From positions 1,364,001 through 1,428,000 of the forward strand of contig NC_088806.1 of the NCBI RefSeq assembly GCF_011386835.1: a stretch of 64,000 nt of DNA, written 5' to 3'. A program made the translations under genes and the position numbers. Positions 22,856 to 36,790 of the stretch are shown here, one piece after another. Origin of the DNA: Chrysemys picta bellii. Lineage: Eukaryota. The notes under the pieces were generated by a model. The model did no database searches. It was not told where the DNA came from and was given only the letters and a program-made list of their open reading frames with translations. Every line of letters begins with the position of its first letter. Within the stretch, counting starts at the first letter, position 1.

Positions 22856-24041
22856 GCCCCCATATGGGGCAGCTGCTTGGACTTCCCGGGGGGCCTCTAC
22901 TCCCGAGCTTTCTTGGTATTTTAAACCGTGCACAAAACAGGGGCCCCAATGGGGATCCGGGCTTGGACCCCCTTCCTGTGGAGTGGGGTGACCCCCAGCT
23001 CCCTTTTGGGCCTGCAGCCCCTGCCCCGGGGGATTATGTGCCAAAGCTCCAGGGCTGGGGGACTTGTGGTGTCACATCTTTGCAGGGTGGGGTGTGTGTG
23101 GGGGGGTCTTTTGCACAGCTCAGGGTGTGAGGGGCATAGAGGGGGGGAACCGCTTCTCTCCCCAGTCCCAGAGGGCAGTAGGGGCTGGTGGGTTAGAGCA
23201 GCGGGGGCTGGGAGCCAGGACTCCTGGGTTCTCTCCCCGGCTCTGGGAGGGGAGTGGAAGCCGGGGGGTTAGAAACAGGCACAGTGGGGGTGGGAGCCAG
23301 GACTCCTGGGTTCCCAGCAGGGTGGGGGAGCCCAGCCCTGAAGCAAACCGGCCACCCTTCCCCCTCCGGGGCTTCAGCCTTGAGCCGGCTCTGCAGCCGG
23401 TGCTTCTGGCCGGCTGGCTGTAAACACTGCGGCCGGGCGACATTCCTGCCTGGGCCTGGGCCCCGATCCTGGACTCCCCCCGGGGGCGCCCGCCCCACTT
23501 CACACCCGCTGTTAGGATGTGGGAGCCAGCCGCCGCCCCCTCGCCCCATTTCATGGCCCCGGCAGCGGGACCGGGGGCAGGCCCACGCTGTCTAGGGCAA
23601 AGGTGGGGTAGAGACCCGCGCTGCCCCCTCGGCTGCTGAGAGCCGCTCCCCTGCGGCTGGCCCCCCCCCCCCCCCCCCCCCCTCCCCCAGGCCAGGCTGG
23701 TGAAATTTAAGGGCTCTAAACTCCATTTTCACCTGAATCCCCCCCCCAGCAGGCTCAGCGGGGCTAGCGCCTGGGCGGGTGCTTTGACCGCCCCATGGGG
23801 TCCCCCCAGCCCCGCTGCCTCAGCTGAATAACGACATGAAGCTGGGAGCCTGTCACTCTCCGGGCTGGGCCAGAGAAATGGGGCTGTCTTGCCCACGTGT
23901 AGCCCAGGCTAGAAGCGTGTGGTTGCGACCTGGGAGCAGTGGGGAGATGGGGCTACCACAGCCGGGGGGCTTTACCCCTAACCCCATAGGGTATAGCCCA
24001 TCCGTTGGACTCAGCCCAAGGCCCATGTCTGTCCTGCCAAA

Positions 24042-24075
<34 letters not shown>

Positions 24076-24648
24076 CAGGGTGGCCCCCAAAGCCAGACCT
24101 GTCCTTGCCCCCAGTGGCTACCCCCCGGTTTGGAGGCTAGCAGGGGGCAGGGGCTGCTTTCTTTTAGGGACATGGGCCCCACTTCTGCAGGGCTACCTGT
24201 CTCCTCCCACAAACACACCCCTTTAACCCAAGAGCCGTTCCAGCCATTCCTTCTTCGCCCTGGGGGCGGGCCCGACCCCAGCTCCTGCCTTTGATTTGCA
24301 GGCCTGGCTTAAAAACTGGGGGTGCAGCAGGGTCCCCCACACACACACATTCTGCAGAGTCCTGGACCAAAATGGGGGGTGCCACTACCCCCCTCATGTC
24401 TGTGCTTTTAGCCCCCCTGATCACTAACGCCTTGTCTGTCTGTCCCTGCCCCAGTGGGGCATGGGGGCCTGTTCCCTTCACACTACGACCCCTAACCCCG
24501 GGGGGGGGTTCCTGGAGCTCATACCAAGGCTGCTTTTTTTAACCAGTTGTGGGGTGGGGCTGCTGGGGGTTACGCCAGGCACCCTGGCCCTGCACCCAGG
24601 GGTCAGCAGCACCCAGGGCCCGCCTGGCAATGTCGGGGCTCAGCTTTG

Positions 24649-24654
24649 AATAAA
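24649..24654 (+). terminator. Probable RNF167 polyadenylation signal
   Basis: First AATAAA I found downstream of the stop, followed by a GT-rich tract. Confidence 0.6.
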
Positions 24655-24834
24655 AGATACTGGCCCTCTATTGACTGGTGACTTTTTGGGGTCATGTGTG
24701 CTGGGCAGGGAGGCAGGCCAGGGACATGCTGGGGTGTGCACACCCCCAGCACACTACATAACCCCAGCCCCCGGTGGAACCCCAGTCCAGAGGGGCTGTG
24801 ACTTGGGGCACCATTTGGGACTCATCAGGGCCCA

Positions 24835-25605
24835 GGGCAGGCGCACGCTCCTGCGTGGCTTGCTCACCGGCAGTGGGCGCAGGGCTGGCACACGGCAGGC
24901 GCACACTCCTGCGTGGCTCGCTCACCGGCAGTGGGCGCAGGGCTGGCACAGGCAGGCGCACACTCCTGCGTGCCTCGCTCACCAGCAGCAGGCGCAGGGC
25001 TGGCGCGGTCAGGCGCACACTCCTGCATGGCTCGCTCACCGGCAGCGGGCACAGGGCTGGCGCACACTCCTGCGTGGCTCGCTCACCGGCAGCGGGCGCA
25101 GGGCTGGTGCACGCTCCTGCGTGGCTCGCTCACCGGCAGCGGGCACAGGGCTGGCGCACGCTCCTGCGTGGCTCGCTCACCGGCAGCGGGCACAGGGCTG
25201 GCGCACGCTCCTGCGTGGCTCGCTCACCGGCAGCGGGCACAGGGCTGGCGCACGCTCCTGCGTGGCTCGCTCACTGGCAGCGGGCGCAGGGCTGGCGCGG
25301 TCAGGCGCACACTCCTGCGTGGCTCGCTCACCGGCAGCAGGCACAGGGCTGGCGCACGCATCCTGCGTGGCTCGCTCACTGGCAGCGGGTGCAGGCTGGC
25401 GCACGCTCCTGCGTGGCTCGCTCACCGGCAGCGGGCACAGGGCTGGCGCACGCTCCTGCGTGGCTCGCTCACCGGCAGCGGGCACAGGGCTGGCGCGGTC
25501 AGGCGGCTCACACTCCTGCGTGGCTCGCTCACACGGCAGCGGGCGCAGGGCTGGCGCACGCTCCTGCGTGGCTCGCTCACTGGCAGTGGGTGCAGGGGTG
25601 GCACT
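24835..25605 (+). repeat. Minisatellite E array (~47-bp unit) between the convergent RNF167 and PFN1 3' ends
   Basis: GCGCACGCTCCTGCGTGGCTCGCTCACCGGCAGCGGGCACAGGGCTG repeats. Confidence 0.95.
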
Positions 25606-26362
25606 GGGGGGGGGGGGGCGGTTAAGAAGAGTTGGTTGGCAGCGCCAAGGTTCTTCCCTGGAAAGTTGGGAGCTGCTCAGCTCCGGGCTGCCCCCCATGC
25701 CAGGCACAGCACACCCCCCCCCCCCCCCAACTGGAGCTTTGCAGACCCTGCCCCCCCACCTCAAGCACCTTAGACAGCTGGGAGGTGGGAAACCAGCCTC
25801 TCCATGCACAAGGACCAGAATAGAACCCAGGTGTCCTGACCCCCCAGCCCAGCACCCAACCCCTAGGCCTGACTGCCCCAGAGCCAGCCTCCATCTCCCT
25901 GCTGGTGGAACACATGGCTGCAGGGATAGGCAGGAAGCCAGTCCTGGGGTGCCCCATTGCACTGGGGCCAGGGGGGCCAGACCCCACCCCCCAACAGACA
26001 GGAGTAGAGGTGGGATTCCCCCCCCAAGGCAGGATCCCTGGGGCCGGAGCTCTGGCAGATCCCTGGTCAGCTGTTCATGCCCCTCCCTGCACCATGACTC
26101 AGGCGCTGCTGTGTACTAAGAGGGTGTGCGGCTGTGTGCGGCTCTCCTGCCAGCCTGGAGTGTGTGCGCGGGGGGGGGGGGGGAAGAATCCAAGGGCAGG
26201 AACCTCCCAGGCTGCACCCTCCCCGAGCTGGGGAGAGAACCCAGGAGTCCTGGCTCCCAGGCCCCCCTGCTCTAACCCACCAGCCCCATAACCCAGGCGT
26301 CTGAGCACCCCCTGAGCAGACACTAGACACAGATACGCCTTGAGAATTATTCAAATTTCCTT

Positions 26363-26368
26363 TTTATT
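26363..26368 (-). terminator. PFN1 polyadenylation signal
   Basis: TTTATT on + (AATAAA on -), about 310 nt after the stop. Confidence 0.7.
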
Positions 26369-26675
26369 TCTTTTGTTCCAATATAGTTTTTTTTCTTCCC
26401 CCTTCCCCCCCCCCCCCCCAAAAAAAAACCTACAACTTTTTTTTTTTGTTTTTTTGTTTTTAAAACCAGAAAAAATTTGGCAGCAACGAAGAGGATTTTT
26501 GTGATAGAAAATGTGGCGGAGAGCCGGGGTGGGCCAAGAGTGGAGATCCGAAAGCGAGGAATGGGGGGCTGATCCAGGCCCCGGGGCGGGGCACACCCCT
26601 GCAGGGGGGCAGGGGCCCGGGTGGTCCCAGCCAGCGTGGGCATCAGTAGTACCGCAGCGGAGTGCCGGGCCGGCG

Positions 26676-29600
26676 TCAATACTGCGAGCGTCTCAAGTGA
26701 TTGGCCATCTCGAAGCATTTCTTGTTCACGCAGCCCCCATGAATGCCCTCTTTGCCCATGACCAGCACTATCGCTGCAGGGGGGAGAGAGAAAAGAGGGT
26801 TGAGGGGCCCCCCAGGCTACCCACTGCCCCCTCCCCACCACAGGCTGGGGATGGAGGAAGACGCTGGTCTCATGGCAAAGGCCGGATGGGCACCTGGGAT
26901 CTGATCCACTCAGGTAACCCCTACACCAGCACCTACAGGGAACCCAGGAGTCCTGGATCCCACCTCTAACCCCCATTAGACCCCACTTCCCTCCCAGAGC
27001 TGAGGAGAGAACCCAGGAGTCCTGGCTTCCATTCCCAGACAGCAGACCCCAATCCCCGATTCCCAGCGTGCCCCCCCCACCCCCCAAGGGGAAGGGAGGG
27101 AACCCAGGCGTCCTGCTGCCCCCCCCACCCTTGCAGCTGTTCATGAAGCCCGGCCAGTTATCCAGGGATGCGGGGCTGAAGCAGCTAGATCCGGGGCCAG
27201 CTGCTGTGGTGCCCCGGCGCAGGGAAAGGGGTCAGGCCTCGGCTGTGCAAGCAGCAGCTGCTGGGAGGGAACACAGCCCTGCTGGCTTTGGGTGGGGACG
27301 GGGGAAGCGAGGGCCAGACAGGCAGCCCCAGCTGCAGGAGATGGGGAGGCTGGCTGGACCCCACTCCCCTCCCAGAGCCGGGGAGAGAACCCAGGAGTCC
27401 GGGCTCCAGCCCCCCTGTTCCAACCCACCAGCCCCCACTCCCCTCCCCAGCTCTGGGAGGGAATCCAAGAGTCCTGGTTCCCATTCCCAGACAGCAGACC
27501 CCAGCCCCTGATTCCCAGCGCCCCCCCTGCCAGGGCAAGGGTGAGGACCCAGGTGTTCGGCACTCACTCTTGTTGGTCATGCAGACTGCAATGTTGTAGG
27601 TGGGGGTCCCGCCCGTGCTCTTGGTCCGCAGGTCCATGGTGAACTCCCCTTCCACGTGCAGACTGTCCCGAATCACCGAGCACTTCTGGCCCCCGAGCGT
27701 CAGCCCATTGACGAACATGCTGCTACGGTCCTTGGCCACCAGCGCGTTCACCTCAGCCGGCTGGGGAGGGGGAGAGGTCAGGGGTAACACTGGACAGGCT
27801 AGGGGAACCCTGCCCCCCACCTCTTCTGGCACCAGGAAGAGAACCCAGGAGTCCTGGCTCCCTGCCCCCCCTGCTCTAACCACCAGCCCCCGCTCCCCTC
27901 CCAGAGCTGGGGAGAGAACCCAGGAGTCCTGCTCCCAGCCCCCTGCTACCCCCAGCCCCCCCTCCCGAACCCACCAGCCCCCCCTCCCCGCACTGGGGAG
28001 AGAACCCAGGAGCCCCCAAGCAGCTGCTTTCCATGGGATGGGGGTGCAGCAGCTGGGCCCAGAACAGCTGTCCGAGCTCACAAGCCCCCCTTCTATTCCC
28101 CACCAGGAGACACCTGCCCCCCACTCCCCATCTGGGGGCAATCCAGACATGCGGGGGGAGGGGGGGGGGGGAAATCAGCCCCACTGGGGGCAGAGTCTGG
28201 ATTCACACTGGTCATCAATGGGCATTAAGGGCCCTGGATTCATGCCCCCAAATCTCCATCCCCCACTGCAGCCTTGGGGGGCGGGGAAACGGGGGGGAAC
28301 CAGATCCTCCTCTCCCCCCCCCGTCAAGACCAGTCTCCTCCCCCTGCCCTGCAGTTGGCGGGCAGCAACCCCCCCATTCAACCAGTCCACATGGCCCCCC
28401 CAGGCTCCTAGATTTTCATAGTGCCCCCAGCAGTCTGGCCCAGAGGCAGCGGGAAGGGGAGGTTCCCCTCCTCCCCCAGTTTGTTGGGGGGGAGGAGAGA
28501 ATTGAACCCCCAATTTCACCCTCTTCCTCTAGGGGTCAGGTGGGCTGGGCTGTGTCACCACCCCCCAAACTTCCCCTTCTTAAGAACTTCCTGTCTCAGA
28601 CAGACACCCCCCCAGCCCCTCCCACCTGCAGGGTCAGTCCCCCCCAGATATCTAGATTCCCCCCCCCCCCAAATGAAGATGCTTATTTTCAGGGGGATGG
28701 ACAGGACAAGGACTTCCGCATTCTTGATTGATTTCCTCTATCGGCCTCCCGGCCCCTCCCCCCCGCCTTACCAAACTTCCCTCCTATCTGCACGCAGCCC
28801 CCCTCCCCCCCTCCAGTTTCCATAGGAAACCGACAGCCCTGTAATGGGGGTGTTGAGGTTTGAGACCTCTTCCTCCCCCCACCTCTGTCCCTAAGCCGGG
28901 GGGGGGGGGGGGAGAGAGACCCCCCCCCCCAGGGGACACAATGGGGCAGGACCAGGTGGAGTTTGGGGAGGGGTACAGGGGGTTGCTGAGCCCAAGAATA
29001 AGGGGGGGCTCACTGGATGTCCCCATCACCCCGAGAATAGATATGGGGGGCAGCCCCACCTTGCAAACTGCGGGAAGGTCCAGAGTATAACCCACAACCC
29101 CTCCCAGAGCTGGGGAGAGAACCCAGCCCCCCTGCTCTAACCCACCAGCCCCCACTGCCCTCCAGAGACTGGGAAGAGAACCCAGGAGTCCAGGAAGAGA
29201 CAGGATATTAAGGGGGGGGGTCCCCCATGGATGTTACAGGCTTTGGCAAACCCCAGCCCTACTTTTATCAGCCCCCGCCCAGATACAAGACCAGCACCGT
29301 GCCCCACTGCACCTGGGCCCGGCCACCTGCCAGAATCCACCTGGATGAGCGCCTCTCCCTGGATGAGCGCCTCTCCCTCCCTCCCGTACCGGTATAAAGT
29401 TCTGCAGACACTAGAGAAAAGAGGGGGTGCAGAGGGGTCCCAATACATGAGCAGCAGGTCCCTGGCCCAACCTAGGGGGCAGAGACTGGGAGTCCTGGGG
29501 GCAATGGGGAGGGAACGGAGAAAGGGGGGGAAGCGTCTGTCCCCCGTATTCTCCAACCTGGTGCTTTTCACCCCCTGCCAATCGGGGGGCAGCCTCACAC

Positions 29601-31914
29601 CCCGAATCAGTTGCACAATTGCAGGAAGCGGGTTGGGGGGGGGGCCACACCAATGAAAGCTGGGGGAGGAACTGCTTTGTACCAGCTCTGTGCTGACCCA
29701 TAATCAGTCACTTGGGGGGGGGGGGGGGGGGGGGGGAGGACAGGGGGACACCCCCCAGGATCGGAGCCACTCAAGGGACCTGAATATCACATGTGGAGAT
29801 CTGGCACCCGACTCCATCCCCTTTAGATAGGGACCTAGATGCTCTCCCAGGCAGGAGGCTGTGAATTCTGGGGGGGTTCCAGACAGAAAGGGAGGGGGGG
29901 GGTCCCGTTTTAGACACCAGTCCAGCCACCCCACTGAACAAGGCCGGTTTGAAGAGGGAAAATAGTTTTGCACGCCCAACAAAACAAAACAAAACCAATA
30001 AGTTTCTGGGAAGAGTGAGAAAGTCAGGCCCTGAAACTGACTTCGGTTTTTCAAGAGAACTGGGTGAGCCAAAGATTTAGACCAGCCCCCCCGCGAGAGA
30101 GGCGAGGCTGAACTAAAGAATGATTGTTGCAAGGGGGGGGGGACAGGAAAGGAAGAAAAAGCGAGCACAGATCTGGACAGATTAGGAGGGAGACAGACTG
30201 GGGCCCGCAGCGGCAGGCAGAGACGTGGCAGTAAAAGGACAGATTAAATACAGACAGCCGGCTTCCCGCCCCCACCCGTTTTATTAATCGCGGGGGGGGG
30301 GGGGGGGGGGCGCTTTGCTTTCGAGAAGTTAGCAAAAGTTTCTTCTCCGCTCGCTCGCCGGGGTTTTTTGCATACACAGCAAATGCTGAATTTGCCTCCT
30401 AAGTCCCAGAGCTCCGACTGGCAGCCCCCCCCCCGCCCCCCATTTCTGGCTTTTCAGAGGGGGGGTCTCTATTGGGAGGGATGCCACACAAAGTTAGCCA
30501 TTTTCAACTCGGTTACAGGGATGGAGAGGGCCAGCTGCAGCCATCTCTGGGGTGGGGCAACTCCCCTCACAGGGATCCCCGGCCCCGAGTTGCAGCCGCC
30601 TCTGGGGCGCGGCCGGCTGCTGATCCCAGCCCCGAGATGCAGCCGCCTCTGGGGTTCCGCGAACCGCCGCGCAGAACAGAACTCAGGCGGAACACTTCCA
30701 CGCCCCCGAGCTGTGGCAGATTCGCGGCGATGGGACCGTCGCCGGGGGGGGGGGGGGAGACCCCAAGATCCCGGACTTCGGAGCCTGGCTCCAGATCGCC
30801 CGGCAGAGCCAGGGGCGGGTTTAGGCCGCACCCACCCCAGACCGACTCCCCCCCGCTCGGCCTTGAGTCATTTCCTCCCGGAGCCGCCTGGGCCTCGGCG
30901 GCGGCAGGGTGGGGCCGGGCCCGGAGGTGCCAACTGGGCCCGACCCGCGCCCCCGGGCAGCCGGGAGACACCCCCCTGCCGCCCCCGGGAGCGGGGCAGC
31001 CCCTGTTCGGGGGGCAGCGGAGCAGAGGCAGGAACGGGGGGGGGAAATCAGCCCCCCCCCGGTCAGAGGCTTTGCAAGAGGAAGTGGCTTTTTTTTTGGT
31101 GTGAAGCAGAGATCCCTGCCAGGGTGTTGGGGGAGGGGCTGGCAGTAAGGGGGGGGGGGGGGCTACAGAGCAGGAAGTAGGCGCCTGGGGCTGGGTTCTC
31201 TCCCCCTCCCCACCGCCACTTTGCAAACTTTTTGGTGGCTCCCAAGACAAGTCTCCCCCACCCTGCATGTGCTCCCATCACATTCCTCTTCTTCGCCCTG
31301 GGCAATCTAACCCCCCTTCGCCCACGCACCCCATTTCTGCCTCCCACGTGCTCCCCTCTATGCCCAGACACCCCCTAGGCCTCCTCAGAGCCCGCCTTGC
31401 GTGCTGCGCCCCATAAGGGCCTCTGTTCACCCCCAGATCCCCTGCTCTCCAATGCATCCCTCACCTTACACCCCATAATCCCCCCCGAGGCACCCCCAGG
31501 GGTCCCCCCTTTGGGGGAAGGAGGGGTCCCCTGTCTTTTTGCAATCCACTGTCCCCTCCATCCCAACCCCTCATTTTTCAATGCACCCCCCACCCCTCTT
31601 TTGCAGTACAGCCAACCATGCACCCCCCCTTTCTGCAAGAACCCCAGCCCCTCCCATACACTCTTCACCCCCCCCCCCTTTGCAATGCAGGGCCCATTAC
31701 ACTTCCCGCCCCCCCCATGGCACTTCCGGCCGCCCCCTCCCCCACGTTGCAATGCGATGCACACGCGCCCCCCGCCCCTCACCGTGATGTTGCCCAGGGT
31801 CTTGCCCGGCGCGGCGGCCCAGACGGACGGGGTGTCCTTGTAGCCCACGATGGCCGCGTCCTGGCAGGTGCCGTCCGCCATGAGGTTGTCGATGTAGGAG
31901 CTCCAGCCGCTCAT
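26676..31914 (-). CDS. PFN1: Profilin-1 (140 aa)
   Basis: Exons 31914-31783, 27760-27568, 26773-26676 (132+193+98 = 423 nt): [27 protein letters not shown]...[12 protein letters not shown]...HLRRSQY*. Confidence 0.97.
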
Positions 31915-32400
31915 GGCTGCTGCAGGTGCTGGGCGGAGCCGGAGCGGGCGCTGGAGCAAGGGGCGCGCGAGGCCCGGGGCTGGAGAATCCCGGGGAGAAA
32001 AGGGCGCGAGACGCCGGACGCGACCGAATCAACCTCGCCCTGGAACGCGGCGGCCGGCGGGGGGCGGCCGCGTGCGGCGGGGCGGGGGCAGGAGCAGGAG
32101 GGAGGCTCGCGCCGCTGCTGCTGCCGCTGCCCGGGGCGGGGATGCACCGAGCTCGCGCCGCTGCTGCACCACGCGTGGGGGTGGGGGGAGCAGACAGACC
32201 CTGGAGCCGCGGCGCGGGGTGCAAAATCCGAGACGCGTGGGGGGCGCCCCGGGCCGGGTGCGCGGCTTTTACATAGGCCGACAGCCCCCCCCCCCAACCC
32301 CGCCTGCTCCCGGGGGTGGGGCTAAGCGAGCCCCGGGATCCATCCGCGCCCCCCCTCCCCCAGCCGGGGACTATTTCGCCTTCTCCCGTGCACCCCGCTT
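31915..32400 (-). promoter_or_regulatory. PFN1 CpG-island promoter and 5' UTR
   Basis: CpG-dense, GC boxes, TATA-like TATGTAAAA on the minus strand near 32267-32275. Confidence 0.6.
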
Positions 32401-33160
32401 TGTAATGCACCCCGCATGCATCGCCCCAGTGGTTCCCTTCCCCCCATGCACTCCCCAGAGGTCCCCTTTTCACACTGCACCCCCTTCCCCCCATGCATCG
32501 CCCCAGTGGTTCCCTTCCCCCCATGCACCCCCCCAGAGGTCCCCTTTTCACACTGCACCCTGCATGCATCGCCCCAGTGGTTCCCTTCCCCCCATGCACC
32601 CCCCAGAGGTCCCCTTTTCACACTGCACCCCCTTCCCCCCATGCATCGCCCCAGTGGTTCCCTTCCCCCCATGCACCCCCCCAGAGGTCCTATTTTCACA
32701 CTGCACCCTGCATGCATCGCCCCAGTGGTTCCCTTCCCCCCATGCACCCCCCAGAGGTCCCCTTTTCACACTGCACCCCCTTCCCCCCATGCATCGCCCC
32801 AGTGGTTCCCTTCCCCCCATGCACCCCCCAGAGATCCCCTTTTCACACTGCACCCCCTTCCCCCCATGCATCGCCCCAGTGGTTCCCTTCCCCCCATGCA
32901 CCCCCCCAGAGCTCCTCTTTTCACACTGCACCCTGCATGCATCGCCCCAGTGGTTCCCTTCCCCCATGCACCCCCCCAGAGGTCCCCTTTTCACACTGCA
33001 CCCCCTTCCCCCCATGCATCGCCCCAGTGGTTCCCTTCCCCCCATGCACCCCCCCAGAGGTCCCCTTTTCACACTGCACCCCCTTCCCCCATGCACCCCC
33101 CCAGGAGCCTTCCCTTTTGAATACACCCCCCATACACTGCCCCAGTGGTTCCCTTTTCAC
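32400..33160 (+). repeat. Minisatellite F array (~73-88-bp units)
   Basis: CATGCATCGCCCCAGTGGTTCCCTTCCCCCCATGCACCCCCCAGAGGTCCCCTTTTCACACTGCACCC repeats. Confidence 0.95.
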
Positions 33161-34454
33161 ACTGCACCGAGGCACCCTGCTATCCTCCATGCACCCCTTA
33201 AGGGGTCCCCTCTTTAAAGCATCCCTCTTTCCCTCATATACTCCCCAGTGGTTCCCTTTGTAATTCACCCCCATTTCCCCTCTTGCCTCCCCTGGGGGGT
33301 CCCCTTTTCACCCTGCCCCATCCCCCTTTTCCATCCCCTCTTTGCACCCCCTTTCCCCCATGCACCCCCAATGGGGTCCACCGTCTTTAATGCACCCCCT
33401 GTTTCCCCTCATGCTCTGCCAGGGGTCCCCTTTTCACCCTGCACCTTTCCCGCTCATGCGCACCCCTAGGGTCCCCTGTTTGCACCCCCTTTCTTCTCAT
33501 GCACCCACTAAGGGTCCCCGTTCAAAACTGTGCCCCCCCCAAGGGGTCCCCTTTTTTAATGCACCTCCCTTTCCTCCTATGCCTGCCCAAGAGCCCCTCC
33601 ATCTCATTCAATCCCTCCCCTCATCCTACCCCCCATCCCCACAGCAATCGGGGCACTCCCCTCAGCGCATATGGGTCTGACCCCCCCCAAGATGCAGTTC
33701 CCCGAGGCATGCAGGGAAACTCACCTGTGCCCCCTCCCACATGCACACATCCTACATGTCAACATGTGTGTGCACAAGAACACACACAAGCTGCGTGCCC
33801 AGAGCCCGAGGAACCCTGGTAGAGCTCACGTGTTTGGGGGCACAGGCAAAGCACAGCCATGCATGGACACGTATGAACATGCACACACCATTACACGGAG
33901 TCTCCCCCCTCCCCTCCCACCCCACACGCATGCACAAGAACACGGGCCTAGGCAGCAGCGTGCAAACGCCTGGCATGTGCTGTACCCAGGTGCCAACCGT
34001 GCCAAAGCACACATGCATGTCAGCGTGTGTTGAATACACGCGTGTGGACATACATGTGAAACACCACCCCCCACCGCTGACATGCTAACACATGTGTGAC
34101 TCCGCCCCTCCCCCCCATGTCCAATCACACACAGCAGGCCACACAGCTCGCAAAACAGGCGGGGAAACCCCCGCCAGAGACGCGGGCTCCCATTGGCCCG
34201 TCCCGGCGCCTGCGTCAGAGGCCGGGCGGGACTATTTGGCGGAGGGATACAGTCTGCAAAACTTTTCCCTCCTTCTTCTTCGGCCCAACTTTTTCCTAGG
34301 TGGGAGGGGCGGAGAGTCTCACTTCCTGTCTGGGGGGGGAAGGGGATGGGTCGGCCCAATCAGGGCGCTCCAGGCCCCTTGCAATGGGGCCAGAGCCCTA
34401 TGCGACCCCAACACCCCACAACCCCATGCTGTCCCCCTCCACCCTAGCCCAGTG

Positions 34455-35160
34455 CTACCAAGATGCAGCCACTTCTGGGGCGGGGCGGCCGGTTACCCAG
34501 GGACCCCTTGGCCGGCACTGAGATGCAGCCACCTCTGGGGCGGGGCGGCCGGTTACCCGGGGACCCCTCGCCTGGCCCTGAGACGCCCCCGCCTCTGGGG
34601 CGGGGGCAGCTGGTTACCCGGGGACCCCTCGCCCGGCCCTCAGACGCGCCCGCCTCTGGGGAGGGGCGGCCAGTTACCCAGGGACCCCTCGCCTGGCCCT
34701 GAGACGCCCCCGCCTCTGGGGCGGGGCGGCCGGTTAGCCGGGGACCCCTTGCCCGGCGCTGAGACGTGCCCGCCTCTGGGGCGGGGCGGCCGGTTACCCG
34801 GGGACCCCTCACCCGGCGCTGAGATGCGCCCACCTCTGGGGCGGGGCGGCCGGTTACCCGGGGACCCCTTGCCCGGCACTGAGACGCGCCCACCTCTGGG
34901 GCGGGGTGGCCGGTTACCCGGGGACCCCTCGCCCGGCGCTGAGATGCGCCCACCTCTGGGGTGGGGCGGGCCGGTTACCCGGGGACCCCTCGCCCGGTGC
35001 TGAGATGTGTCCACCTCTGGGGCGGGGCGGCCGGTTCCCCAGGGACCCCTTGCCCGGCACTGAGACGCGCCCACCTCTGGGGTGGGGCGGCCGGTTCCCC
35101 AGGGACCCCTCGCCCGGTGCTGAGGTGCGCCCACCTCTGGGGCGGGGCCGCCGGTTCCAG
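34455..35160 (+). repeat. Minisatellite B array
   Basis: About 12 copies of the 60-bp unit. Confidence 0.95.
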
Positions 35161-35454
35161 GGCCCCTGGGCCATGCTCTGGAGTTCTCAGCCAGGGAGAT
35201 ACAAGCTCAGTATCCCCTGAGCTCCTTATCTTATCAGTGGGCCAATTAGATTAGTCATCCTGAGCCCTGCCTGATTAGCTTTCCCGATAAGCATTTTATG
35301 CCCCCAGCCCTTTCTGCTGCGGGGGGGGGGGGAGGCCGCTGCGGCCGGACCAGCCATTACACTGGGGCGTCTGCCTCAGGGCCCCCTCCTGGGGGGCAGT
35401 AAAACCAGCCCCCGAGATTTGTGGATTCCTTGAGACCTGATAGGAAAGTCAGAG

Positions 35455-36790
35455 CTCGGGGGGGGGGGGGGTTAGAGCAGGGGGGCCTGGGAGCCAGAAC
35501 TCCTGGGTTCTCTCCCCGGCTCTGGGAGGGGAGTGGGGGCTGGTGGGTTAGAGCAGGAGGGGCTGGGAGCCAGGACTCCTGGGTTCTCTCCCCGGCTCTG
35601 GGAGGGGAGTGGGGGCTGGTGGGTTAGAGCAGGGGGGCCTGGGAGCCAGAACTCCTGGGTTCTCTCCCCGGCTCTGGGAGGGGAGTGGGGGCTGGTAGGT
35701 TAGAGCAGGAGGGGCTGGGAGCCAGGACTCCTGGGTTCTCTCCCCGGCTCTGGGAGGGGAGTGGGGGCTGGTGGGTTAGAGCAGGGGGGGCTGGGAGCCA
35801 GGACTCCTGGGTTCTCTCCCTGGCTCTGGGAGGGGAGTGGGGGCTGGTGGGTTAGAGCAGGGGGGGCTGGGAGCCAGGACTCCTGGGTTCTCTCCCCGGC
35901 TCTGGGAGGGGAGTGGGGGCTGGTGGGGAAGGGGTGGGTGTCCCTGATGCCTAGAGCATGTGACAGGGGGGTGGCGTTCATCCCTTCTCCCCCACCCCCG
36001 GTCCTACACCACTCCCCGGGCCAGGGCCTCTGCCTCCTGCCCCTAACTCTGGGCCCCCAGGGATTCTGGGGGGGGCCCCCCCAGGATTTTGTGGCGACAT
36101 AAGTAATGGGGCAGGAGCGGGAAGGCGTCGAGGGCACCGCAGGGCAACCAGCGCTGACGGGTCCCTGACTCGCTGGCTGGGGAACTAAGGGTCTCATCAC
36201 CTGGGGAATGGGGCAGGGGAGCCTCTCGGGGAGCTGCCCAGGGATTCGGGCCCCGGGGCCGGTCAGGCAGCGAGAGCCCCGGCAGCCCCACTGCAGAAGT
36301 GTCCTTAGGAAACCACTTCCCCCCTCCACAGCTCAGCCTGGCTGCTCTGGGAGGCTCTAGTGAGTCAGAGCAGGGGGGGCTGGGGGCCAGGACTCCTGGG
36401 TTCTCTCCCCCGGCTCTGGGAGGGGAGTGGGGGCTGGTGGGTTAGAGCAGGGGGGGGGAGGAGCCAGGACGCCTGGGTTCTCTCCCTGGCTCTGGGTGGG
36501 GAGTAGGGGCTGGTGGTTAGAGCAGGGGGGGGGGGCTGGGAGCCAGGACTCCTGGGTTCTCGCCCTGGCGCTGGGAGCAGGGTGGGGGCTGGTGGGTCAG
36601 AGCAGGGGAGGCTGGGAGCCAGGACTCCTGGGTTCTCTCCCCGGCGCTGGGAGCGGGGTGGGGGCTGGTGGGTCAGAGCAGTGGGGGCTGGGAGCCAGGA
36701 CTCCTGGGTTCCCTCCCGGCTCTGGGAGGGGAGGAGGCGGGGGGACTGGGAGCCAGGACTCCTGGGTTCTCTCCCCAGCGCTGGGAACAG
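35455..36790 (+). repeat. Satellite A arrays (35455-35930 and 36365-36790)
   Basis: About 6 copies in each. Confidence 0.9.

Noticed and set aside
30318-30332. Heat-shock element TTCGAGAAG in PFN1 intron 1
   Set aside because: Only two nGAAn units; too weak to call.
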